NCBI GenBank assembly: GCA_964565145.1
Contig: CAZMCZ010000001.1
Coordinates: forward strand, 29,025 to 66,918
Reading direction: 5' to 3'
DNA from: an uncultured Pseudobdellovibrionaceae bacterium
Lineage (GTDB): Bacteria > Patescibacteriota > Minisyncoccia > Moranbacterales > GCA-2747515
Length of the DNA stretch: 37,894 nucleotides
The translations under genes and the position numbers were made by a program. Positions 1 through 7,722 of this stretch are shown here, piece by piece; within the stretch, counting starts at the first letter, position 1; the number at the start of each line of letters is the position of its first letter. The notes under the pieces are model-generated. The model ran no database searches and was not told where the DNA came from. It worked only from the letters and a program-made list of their open reading frames with translations.

Positions 1-136
1 GGGCAACAGCGATGTTGCCCAAAGAGCAAGTCTTAGTAATATGTTCCGTGTCGATCATTCCAATGATCATAGAGAGCGGAACGTTCTTCCATGGCGTGCC
101 GGTGGTGGTTTTTCTGTGGTGGATAAGGGCAGGGGA

Positions 137-165
137 TTGACAAGGGGAAAATTATTTGCTATAAT
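137..165 (+). promoter_or_regulatory. sigma70-type promoter, full consensus with extended -10
   Basis: TTGACA at 137-142, a 17-nt spacer, TGc at 157-159 and TATAAT at 160-165, all read directly. It lies about 150 nt upstream of the ATG at 313. Confidence 0.6.
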
Positions 166-171
166 GGTTCT

Positions 172-288
172 ATAAAGTAAAAGCGGGTGCGTTTGTCTAG
201 GGGGACAAACTCTTGTAGAGGAAACAGTACTGTTTTCATACAAGACACCCACTCTCTAAGCAGACGTCAGTCTGTTTTTTCTTTTTTT
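172..288 (+). ncRNA. candidate structured 5' leader (riboswitch-like or attenuator) or small RNA
   Basis: Hand-folded helices: GGGTG 185-189 pairs with CACCC 246-250. GTTTGTC 191-197 pairs with GACAAAC 204-210 (loop TAGGGG). TCTTGTA 211-217 pairs with TACAAGA 239-245, extended by 221-226 with 231-236. A further hairpin CAGAC 261-265 / GTCTG 270-274 is followed by T6CT7 (275-288). I recognise no known RNA family. Confidence 0.35.
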
Positions 289-312
289 AATTCATTAATA
301 CGTTAGAAGCGT

Positions 313-1062
313 ATGCAAAAACAAAAACACATTTCCCGCAAAAAGGGAACGGCATATGTGCTTGGAGCATTAGCACTTTTTGTCGCAGCGCCAGCACTCG
401 GTGCTATTTTGGTGCAGAACTTTACGCAATGGGATGTCGTCGTCGACACGCCACCAATTGCAAAAGTACAAGGTGCCGATGCCAATTACGATGGTGATGG
501 CAATGACACAACAGGGTATTTGCAAGTAAACCTTGGTCAAACAATAACAAATAATGACTCAACACTTGGCACACCAGGTGGAACGGATACACAGCTTGCA
601 CATGAGGAAATCTCTTTCACATGTTTTGCGGGCGACCGTACATACTACACTGATGTCATTCAGTTAGACAACACAACAGCGAGTGAAGATTGGGATGTGA
701 CGCTAACAGTAGAGGCAGATCTCAATGGGAACGCTGCCGTGTCTGATACCTTTACCGCAGGTAATGCAGATATTTGGCTCTTTACATCAAGTCAAGATAG
801 TACCGGTGGTGCTATTACAGAGATTCCAAATCCTGGAAACTATGGCTCACTTACGCAGTGGTATAATGCCGCAGCGCCAAACGGAGCAATCCAACTTGAA
901 GTTGTCGGTGGCACATTGAGTGTTGCACAGGCAACAACGGGACCATTTACAATTCCTGCCGGCGAACAACGTCAATTGGGACTTGTTGTTGACTGTGGTT
1001 CTGATATGGTTGATGCACAAACAGGTACATTCCGTATGACTGTTGCAGCACAACCGCACTAG
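313..1062 (+). CDS. secreted or N-terminally anchored acidic Thr/Gly/Asp-rich protein, unknown family (candidate structural subunit)
   Basis: 249-aa ORF. The N-terminus has a basic n-region (RKKG) followed by the hydrophobic stretch AYVLGALALFVAAPALGAILV. It sits behind the consensus promoter and leader and is followed at once by an intrinsic terminator. No motif that I recognise. Confidence 0.8.
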   Translation: MQKQKHISRKKGTAYVLGALALFVAAPALGAILVQNFTQWDVVVDTPPIAKVQGADANYDGDGNDTTGYLQVNLGQTITNNDSTLGTPGGTDTQLAHEEISFTCFAGDRTYYTDVIQLDNTTASEDWDVTLTVEADLNGNAAVSDTFTAGNADIWLFTSSQDSTGGAITEIPNPGNYGSLTQWYNAAAPNGAIQLEVVGGTLSVAQATTGPFTIPAGEQRQLGLVVDCGSDMVDAQTGTFRMTVAAQPH

Positions 1063-1101
1063 AATAGTCTTAAGACTTCTAGAGAAAAAAGAACGGGTGA
1101 T

Positions 1102-1140
1102 GTGCAGTGAGGGCTTTCCTCACTGCACCACCTGTTTTTA
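1102..1140 (+). terminator. rho-independent terminator
   Basis: An 11-bp perfect stem, GTGCAGTGAGG 1102-1112 with CCTCACTGCAC 1118-1128, loop GCTTT, then a T-rich tail (TTTTT at 1135-1139). Confidence 0.75.
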
Positions 1141-1152
1141 TTTCGTATTTTT

Positions 1153-1752
1153 ATGAAAAAGTCATCACCAGAACATGCGCACGATCGTCACCGCACAAAA
1201 CACTACCGTTTTGTGGAATATATGGCATTTATTGTCAGTGCTCTCGTGCTTGTTGTCATCGGCATGTGGACATATGGGCATCAACACCAAGCGTTGCGAC
1301 AACAAAATCATGGCATTTCTGATGATTTTATAGAACAATCGGTGACGCCGAGGGTGTCATCGACAAATCATATAACGTTTTCGCTTCCACCATTGCCATC
1401 TGATGAGCAGATACACGCCATTATTAACAAGGTTTTTGTGCAGACATGTGATGGTTGTACCCAGCAACCATTAGAATGTCTCACGCAGTATCGCATAGAT
1501 AAACGTCTTGTGCGTGCACCCGGATATGAATACCTTGCAGTTGATGTGCAAACCGGGTCAGCGACACATCCCGCTACGTATACGGTGATAATGGACATCC
1601 ATAACGATTATGCCGTTGTGCGTCACAGTGGCAGTGTAAACAACGCGGTGTGTAAGAAATGGCCACAAAAAAAGAATACAAGAAACGTTCTTGTGCCCGG
1701 CACAGATACGACGAAGGGATCGTTTCTCAGCGTGACTTCGTCAAAAGAATGA
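1153..1752 (+). CDS. single-pass membrane protein with Cys-containing extracytoplasmic domain, unknown family
   Basis: 199-aa ORF with a His/Arg-rich N-terminus, one TM segment (FVEYMAFIVSALVLVVIGMWTYG) and a CDGC..C motif. Its ATG lies 12 nt after the terminator tail. No Shine-Dalgarno site. Confidence 0.6.
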   Translation: MKKSSPEHAHDRHRTKHYRFVEYMAFIVSALVLVVIGMWTYGHQHQALRQQNHGISDDFIEQSVTPRVSSTNHITFSLPPLPSDEQIHAIINKVFVQTCDGCTQQPLECLTQYRIDKRLVRAPGYEYLAVDVQTGSATHPATYTVIMDIHNDYAVVRHSGSVNNAVCKKWPQKKNTRNVLVPGTDTTKGSFLSVTSSKE

Positions 1753-2074
1753 ACGTGTAAACCCCACAACACTTTCAAGAATGATCATGATTCCCCCACA
1801 CAAAAACAATCATCATAAAACAACGATTATAGCGTTTGTACGACGCGTCGGTTTTGTGTTTTTGTATCGGTGTGACGACATTCTTTTTGACATTGTGCGA
1901 CTGTATGGACGAGGTGTTTATCGGCGTATTGTGCGCGTAAAGGGTGTGGTGGCGTTGTCTATGGTGGCACGTTGGCAGAAAAGGAAACGCGTTGTTCGGC
2001 GATGGCGTTTTAAGAGAAAAACGATTGGCACAACGACATATTATCGAGATTTCCAGAGAAAGGTTAAGGATCGC

Positions 2075-5000
2075 ATGACGATGCGAATAATATCATTGCG
2101 CGCTGTGGGGGCGGGGTTTGGTATTTTGATCCTTTTCCTTTCTTTGGCAACCTCGCAGTTTTATAGCGTGAATGATTTGTATGCGGAAATCAAACCGCAA
2201 AACTTCGTGGAAAACACCTCTACGGTTGGTCCGGGCTTGGAAATGCTGTCCTATGAGACGCGCGCAGAAAATACAAAAACCACAAAGGCGGATTTTGATA
2301 GCGGAACATATAGCAACGGACAATTTCTCTCCGGTCACGATGATGTGGCGTCTTTTGTGGCAAGCGATGATTATCTCACGCTTGGACACTATGGTGCCTA
2401 TGCACCAGACACATCAGAAAACGATTGGTGGGATGATGATGGAGATAGTAGCACCAAATATCATTGGCGGTATCGTAAATGCTTCACGATAGACAACAGT
2501 GCCAGTGCTGATGCTTTGATAGAATATCCCATTTACCTTTCTGTTGATACGGCAACGCTGGTTGGTGCCGGGAAGATGCTTGCAAGTGGTGATGACATTC
2601 GTTTTACCAATAACGACGGCGATGTCCTTCCGTTTCAGATTGCCGATGATATGAATAGCGCGTCAACGCGCTTTTGGGTGCAGGTTGATCATATCGCTTC
2701 CGGCGCACAGGAAGACCTCTGCATGTACTATGGCTATATTGGCAGTGGGACACCACCGGCGCAAAGCAATCAGGAAGCGGTTTTTCGCTATAGTACGCCG
2801 AAGGACATCTATTATGTTGTTGCAGATCGTGCAGAGGGAAGCAAGACGCAATTTAGCAGTTACGCCGATGGTAATGATGTATCGGTAGCCAACTATACAA
2901 AAACATTAACGGCATATGAATCCGATATTTATCCAACAAACATTACAACATTGACGCAGACCAGCGCCATAAGCACCACAAAGCCCATTAACGCAACGTA
3001 TAATGCCAATGGTACGGACAACCTTGTTCCGGCACATTTTGCCGGAGAGCATTTTGTCTATCGTATGGACCGCTATACCAATCAGTTTTCCTTTATCTCA
3101 CCGTGGTGTGATGCTGATGTAGAGGTGCGCAATGAAAATAACGCCCTTGTCGCTAATGGTTCTTTTACGATTGCACAGGGCACAATGCATAATCTCTCCA
3201 CAAACAACAGCGCCGGAAATGGCATTGCAAATGACAGCGCGGTGATTGTTGATGTGACAAATAACTGTCCTATTCTTGCACAACACCATAGCAATAACGG
3301 CGGTGATAGTTTTGTCATGCACCCAGCAGAACGTGAGTGGTATGGTGTCGGTTCCGGCAATATACAGATTGCAGCGCTCAATGACAATACATCTGTGACA
3401 CTCTATCGTAGTAGCGGTGCATCAAACACGTATACACTGCAACGGGGTGAAAATGTCATGATTAATGATGCAGGCTCGCAGGGCTCAGATCCGGCACATC
3501 ATGTGGTGGCTGATCAACCGATTGGTGTCGGTTCGTTGGCTGATGGTGATGGCGGGGAAGCGACGACATTTTTGCCGGTGGAGGAGATGGGTTATCGTTA
3601 TTATATCGCAGATGATACACAGTATATCGCTATCGCTACGCGCGCCGGCATAACAACGACTGTTGATTTGTACAATGATGCAACAGTTTGTGACAACGGT
3701 GCACCCGATGAAACACAAACGGTTTCTCCGACGGGAAATAATCCGGGAAAAGTTTACTTTGGTGCGACGAGTGCGGGCAATCATATTCCTGCCGGTGCGT
3801 GTATTGTCGCCGATGAACCAATCGTTGCTTACAATGAGTACAATGGTGCGGGTGACGAACACAATATCTGGAATGAAGTCCAAAATCGGCAGTTTGTGGG
3901 TGCCGTGCCGACGCAGAGCTTTGGCGCAGAAGAAATCGGTCAATGGCATCTGGATGCAACACATACATGGATTCGGCGCACGCCCATAACCATTACTAAC
4001 ACCACTGCAACGGCCGTCAATGATTATCAAGTGCATATTGATTTGAGTACGGTTACGACGAGCGGATTTTTTGATAAGACGCAGGTTGATGGTGGCGACA
4101 TCCGCATTGCCGGAGTCCTGGGCGATGGTACAGATGATATCGTCTATGCTCTTGATACGTTTGACCGTACTAGTGCAACAGGGGATTTGTGGGTGCGCGT
4201 GCCAAGCATCCCAGCAAATGGAAGTACGACATTTTATATGTATTACAGTCCCATTGGTGTGGATGTTGCGGGATTGGGAAGCGTGTTGTGGCTTGATGGA
4301 GCGGACAGTGCCACGATTACGCAAACAGCATCGCGTGTGAGTCAGTGGAATGATAAATCCGGTAATAGCAATGACGTTACACAAAGTGCCAATGCACGCA
4401 AACCGGAGGTAACGATTGATAACGGACATCAAGTATTGGATTTTGCGACCGATTATATGCGTGATGATAGCGGACTTTTTGGGACGGCAAGCTATGATGA
4501 TTCTTATGTTTTTGTCGTTATGAAAAATAAGGTTCTTCCGGAAAACGGCGCGCTGTTTTATGAGCCAATCGTCGGACCCGGATCTAGTCGCTATAGCGCT
4601 AATGCGCCGTGGGGTACAGAAGTGCGGTATTATCCCAATGCCGGCACCAATGCGGCGTCACGACTTTCCGGTGTCTATGGTGGTGATACGACAACCTATC
4701 ATACCGTGCGCTTTGAAGCGCATAATGGCGGTGCGCGCGCGGTTTCTCGTGATGGCGTTCTTTTGGTGGGAGATACCAATGGGACATCGTTTACCGGCAA
4801 TGGTGGGAGTTTTACCGTTGGTGCCTATGCTTCCGGAGCGCGCATGCAGGATATGTATCTGGGTGAGATGATTGTCATCCCTACGGCGTTAACACCGACA
4901 CAGGTACAAAACGTTGAGGCGTATTTAACACAAAAATGGATTAGTGGACCAACGACGACCCTCACAACAACGGGCGATCATATGGCGGTATTTACCACCA

Positions 5001-7054
5001 CAGCGCCCGTGCCAAATTATTACATTGTTGACCAACGCGCGCTTTCTGAACAATTGTCCATTATTTCTTTTGCAGATGACAACCACGTCAATGACACGGT
5101 TACAACGCAGACACTTTCAGAGGGGCAGATAGCCACACTTCCTTTTGGCGACGGCATTGCGCAGACGGATGTTTATCGTGTCACACGGCCACTGCATATT
5201 GACTTTGACGCCGACGCTACGGATTCTGCCGTTCCAATCGGATATGCCGGAAAGGAATTTGTGTATAATGTTGGGCGAAATAATGACGTGTTTAGTTTTT
5301 ATGCGCCGTTTGGCGATGCACAGATTCAGATTCAACAAAGTGGCGCTACCGGTTGGACGACGTTACAAAGCGTGATGCTATCGGCAGGAAATGGTCTAAC
5401 GGTTGCGCAAAATATCACCAACAATCACGCATTTAAGATTGTGTCTGATGAGCCAATTCTTGCCTTTCATCGCAATCAATCGTATGACTCAAAAATCCTC
5501 TATCCGACACACCTTGCGCTTGAGCCAAATTCCGGAAAGTATGAGCTTTATGGTATTGGGTCGAGCTCTTTGCGTCTTGCATCCGCCAGTGATGCTACCG
5601 TGACGCTCTATCGAAGTGATGGCACGCAGAGCACAATCACACTCAATGCCGGCAATAACTTTGTCTATAGTGAAAGTGGTGGTGGTGCGCAGGGTGATTC
5701 ACGTGGCTATCATATCGTCTCCGATGTGCCGATTGGTGCGACAAGCTACGCTGATGCTGATGGTGGTGAGACGGCCGTGTTTGTTTCGCAACGAGAATTT
5801 AGCGATACCTATGTCCTATCCAGCCCTGTACAGTATATGAGCATCGTGACACGAGATCCCGGTGTCACCTGTCGTGTGTATGATGCTCTTGGCGTGGAAG
5901 TCACCAGTGGTCCCGGCGCAATGGATCACGTGCCACCACAGACAAGCACAAACAACGCACTTCCATATCCTAATCGACTACACATTGGTGGTAATGACAC
6001 GTCCGATCCGGCGTTTTTCTCTGCGGGATACCGTATGCAGTGTGATGCGCCGGTCTATGCATATTACGAACAGCATGTTGGCGGACTCAAAACAGATGAG
6101 ACGAGTTGGCTCAGTTGGCCACAGGGACGTACGCGCAATGCTCTGGAGCCACAAATTGCCGACGTGGACACAGCACAGGAAGAAGGCCTTTATTTTGAAA
6201 GTGGTTTTGACAGTGGAAGTGCCGGCACTGACGCAGAAGCAACGGCAACGTATCTTTTTGATGTGAGCGGAATCGTTTACGGCGGTGATACGTATTGGCG
6301 AGACCTTTTGTGGGAAGAGGTCGTGAGTGATCGTAGTGGTGAAAATGCCGTAGAACAAATCACATTGGAGGTCGCTTATGCCGACCCAACGCCAACATGC
6401 AGTAGCGCGACGTACAGTGCCTTTGCACCGCTTACTGCCGTGACGGTGTCGTCATCATCAAGCACCACCCTTGCCCACGAAACAAGAACAACGCAGACAA
6501 AACGTGGCATGATTGCAGGGACGGCCAGTGACCATAGTTGTATCAAGGTGCGCGCTACCGTGCGTACCGGTGACGAAGCGTTTGCGCCGGCATTAAATAA
6601 TTTGCGCGTGGGATATTATGTGCCCACGGTATTGGAGGGACAAACAGATACGCCAACAATCAACATTGATGGTGCAACAAGTGGCATGGCACAAGAGTAT
6701 CGTATCCTCAAGGTGCGTACCAATGACACGGGACTTGCAAACTCTGAGGCCTTTATGACGTATCATGATGTGAGTACGCCGGGCGTTTTTTCTCAGGCAG
6801 ATTTTGATCTTGTAGAAGAAGGAAGCCTCACAACACACTCACAATTCCAGTTCCCACCGTTTCCATCAGTATCACCGACGTCCGCCGGCAATCATACTCC
6901 ATTTGACAGCACGCACGCTACAATGCTCTATGTCACGCATGAGCGCTCTTTGGGGTCTGTGGAGACGATTGACCTTTCTTTTGATGTGGATATTGCGACG
7001 GCGGGCGGTCCGGTCCTTAGTCGTGATGTATCACTTTCTTTTAGCGGATTATAA
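2075..7054 (+). CDS. giant N-terminally anchored surface protein with two DUF2341-like domains, a LamG/concanavalin-like domain and a duplicated ~380-aa module
   Basis: The ORF is open from 1781. I place the start at ATG 2075 (MTMRIISLRAVGAGFGILILFLSLA signal anchor), which is preceded by AAGGA at 2066-2070. DUF2341-like segments: CFTIDNS..YPIYLSVD..GDDIRF..FWVQV..MYYG (about nt 2462-2755) and TPITITN..YQVHIDL..GGDIRI..LWVRVPSIPANGSTTFYMYY (about nt 3965-4255). LamG-like segment: LWLDGADS..VSQWNDKSGNSNDVTQ...EMIVIP (about nt 4283-4939). Confidence 0.9.
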   Translation: MTMRIISLRAVGAGFGILILFLSLATSQFYSVNDLYAEIKPQNFVENTSTVGPGLEMLSYETRAENTKTTKADFDSGTYSNGQFLSGHDDVASFVASDDYLTLGHYGAYAPDTSENDWWDDDGDSSTKYHWRYRKCFTIDNSASADALIEYPIYLSVDTATLVGAGKMLASGDDIRFTNNDGDVLPFQIADDMNSASTRFWVQVDHIASGAQEDLCMYYGYIGSGTPPAQSNQEAVFRYSTPKDIYYVVADRAEGSKTQFSSYADGNDVSVANYTKTLTAYESDIYPTNITTLTQTSAISTTKPINATYNANGTDNLVPAHFAGEHFVYRMDRYTNQFSFISPWCDADVEVRNENNALVANGSFTIAQGTMHNLSTNNSAGNGIANDSAVIVDVTNNCPILAQHHSNNGGDSFVMHPAEREWYGVGSGNIQIAALNDNTSVTLYRSSGASNTYTLQRGENVMINDAGSQGSDPAHHVVADQPIGVGSLADGDGGEATTFLPVEEMGYRYYIADDTQYIAIATRAGITTTVDLYNDATVCDNGAPDETQTVSPTGNNPGKVYFGATSAGNHIPAGACIVADEPIVAYNEYNGAGDEHNIWNEVQNRQFVGAVPTQSFGAEEIGQWHLDATHTWIRRTPITITNTTATAVNDYQVHIDLSTVTTSGFFDKTQVDGGDIRIAGVLGDGTDDIVYALDTFDRTSATGDLWVRVPSIPANGSTTFYMYYSPIGVDVAGLGSVLWLDGADSATITQTASRVSQWNDKSGNSNDVTQSANARKPEVTIDNGHQVLDFATDYMRDDSGLFGTASYDDSYVFVVMKNKVLPENGALFYEPIVGPGSSRYSANAPWGTEVRYYPNAGTNAASRLSGVYGGDTTTYHTVRFEAHNGGARAVSRDGVLLVGDTNGTSFTGNGGSFTVGAYASGARMQDMYLGEMIVIPTALTPTQVQNVEAYLTQKWISGPTTTLTTTGDHMAVFTTTAPVPNYYIVDQRALSEQLSIISFADDNHVNDTVTTQTLSEGQIATLPFGDGIAQTDVYRVTRPLHIDFDADATDSAVPIGYAGKEFVYNVGRNNDVFSFYAPFGDAQIQIQQSGATGWTTLQSVMLSAGNGLTVAQNITNNHAFKIVSDEPILAFHRNQSYDSKILYPTHLALEPNSGKYELYGIGSSSLRLASASDATVTLYRSDGTQSTITLNAGNNFVYSESGGGAQGDSRGYHIVSDVPIGATSYADADGGETAVFVSQREFSDTYVLSSPVQYMSIVTRDPGVTCRVYDALGVEVTSGPGAMDHVPPQTSTNNALPYPNRLHIGGNDTSDPAFFSAGYRMQCDAPVYAYYEQHVGGLKTDETSWLSWPQGRTRNALEPQIADVDTAQEEGLYFESGFDSGSAGTDAEATATYLFDVSGIVYGGDTYWRDLLWEEVVSDRSGENAVEQITLEVAYADPTPTCSSATYSAFAPLTAVTVSSSSSTTLAHETRTTQTKRGMIAGTASDHSCIKVRATVRTGDEAFAPALNNLRVGYYVPTVLEGQTDTPTINIDGATSGMAQEYRILKVRTNDTGLANSEAFMTYHDVSTPGVFSQADFDLVEEGSLTTHSQFQFPPFPSVSPTSAGNHTPFDSTHATMLYVTHERSLGSVETIDLSFDVDIATAGGPVLSRDVSLSFSGL
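2786..3895 (+). repeat. internal protein module copy A (approximate bounds)
   Basis: Aligns by eye with copy B. Examples: YYVVADRA vs YYIVDQRA, HFAGEHFVYRMDRYTNQFSFISPW vs GYAGKEFVYNVGRNNDVFSFYAPF, VTLYRSSGASNTYTL vs VTLYRSDGTQSTITL, and ADQPIGVGSLADGDGGEATTF vs SDVPIGATSYADADGGETAVF. Confidence 0.7.
4994..6115 (+). repeat. internal protein module copy B (approximate bounds)
   Basis: Same evidence as copy A. The offset between the copies is about 736 residues. The similarity is at protein level only. Confidence 0.7.
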
Positions 7055-7103
7055 AAATGATGTATACTGGAGAGTATTATTATCATCACTATTTTATATT
7101 TTT

Positions 7104-7601
7104 ATGACACAATCTACGACAGCACAGAAACGCTTTTTTTCACAAGAAAATTTGCAACAATTTTTCCGTGATGTGTTTTCTGTTGCGATGTATTTTCTCG
7201 TTTTTCGTATTTTCTTTGCCTTCCTCTTCGCCTTTCTCTTTGCGCAGGAGTGGCATGTAGAGAAGGTGTGGCACTGGCTCCCCATTATCGCCTTTAATGC
7301 GGACGTTGCGACTTTTGAGACGATGAATTCTTATGCGGTTTTTTCCGCTTCCGTTGCCATCTTTGGTATGTTTGTGTACTATGGCATCCACAAAAGCATT
7401 CGTATGCGTCCACGGTTGTGGGCGTGGTTTGTGGGTGTGTGTATGGTTTTTTTGCAGTATAGTGTTTTGGTTTTTCTCAATCGGTATTTGCAGTTTGGCG
7501 TACATGTCAATCTTTGGTTGCCACTAGGGCTTCTTGTTGTTGGCGCAAGTGGTATTCTCTGGATGCGAGAACGCACATGGCGCAGAGAGATGGAAGTCTA
7601 A
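7104..7601 (+). CDS. small polytopic membrane protein (about 4 TM), unknown family
   Basis: The listed ORF 6903-7601 overlaps the giant gene. The first ATG after that gene's stop is at 7104 (MTQSTTAQKRFF...), giving 165 aa with hydrophobic segments FSVAMYFLVFRIFFAFLFAFLFA, AVFSASVAIFGMFVYYGI, LWAWFVGVCMVFLQYSVLVFL and LWLPLGLLVVGASGILW. Confidence 0.7.
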   Translation: MTQSTTAQKRFFSQENLQQFFRDVFSVAMYFLVFRIFFAFLFAFLFAQEWHVEKVWHWLPIIAFNADVATFETMNSYAVFSASVAIFGMFVYYGIHKSIRMRPRLWAWFVGVCMVFLQYSVLVFLNRYLQFGVHVNLWLPLGLLVVGASGILWMRERTWRREMEV

Positions 7602-7630
7602 TGACGCATAAGGCGCAGTCTTTTCCGCAA

Positions 7631-7664
7631 ACTCCGCGGTTTCCACCGTCGGGGTTTTTGTTTT
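7631..7664 (+). terminator. rho-independent terminator (one bulge)
   Basis: ACTCCGCGG 7631-7639 pairs with CCGtCGGGGT 7646-7655 (one bulged T and one G-U pair), loop TTTCCA, followed by TTTTTGTTTT. Confidence 0.55.
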
Positions 7665-7677
7665 GAGGGGAAAAGTT

Positions 7678-7686
7678 TGCTATAAT
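7678..7686 (+). promoter_or_regulatory. extended -10 promoter element TGcTATAAT
   Basis: TG at 7678-7679 and TATAAT at 7681-7686. No well-spaced -35 box. It lies 37 nt upstream of ATG 7723. Confidence 0.45.
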
Positions 7687-7722
7687 GAGAGGTACGATTA
7701 TACAAAAATCAAAAAGAAAATT

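Noticed and set aside
1-177. Possible 3' end of an upstream + strand gene, and hairpins at 1-20 (GGGCAAC/GTTGCCC) and 53-68 (GATCAT/ATGATC)
   Set aside because: Two + frames are open from the window edge (to the stops at 138-140 and at 175-177), and neither shows a recognisable motif. There is too little sequence to call a gene. The hairpins lack T-runs.
67-485. Short - strand ORFs (67-252 and 303-485) over the promoter, leader and start of the first gene
   Set aside because: They run across the consensus promoter, the leader helices and the 5' end of the 313-1062 gene, and they have no signals of their own.
1781-2074. N-terminal 98-codon extension of the giant ORF (MIMIPPHKNNHH...RKVKDR)
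   Set aside because: The extension is Arg/Val/Phe-rich with no domain-like pattern. AAGGA lies 4 nt before ATG 2075, and the signal-anchor helix starts right after that ATG. I cannot exclude a basic cytoplasmic tail. If the start is 2075, the 322-nt gap from 1753 to 2074 is unexplained.
3485-4432. 315-aa - strand ORF, plus many other 60-130-aa ORFs on both strands inside 2075-7054
   Set aside because: These are shadow ORFs of the strongly supported + strand gene. Their products are Cys/Arg/Ile/His-rich with no motifs and no start signals.
6903-7103. Upstream part of the listed ORF 6903-7601, overlapping the giant gene's 3' end
   Set aside because: It overlaps the giant gene's 3' end in another frame, from 6903 to that gene's stop at 7054. 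The first ATG after that stop (7104) gives a sensible 165-aa membrane protein.
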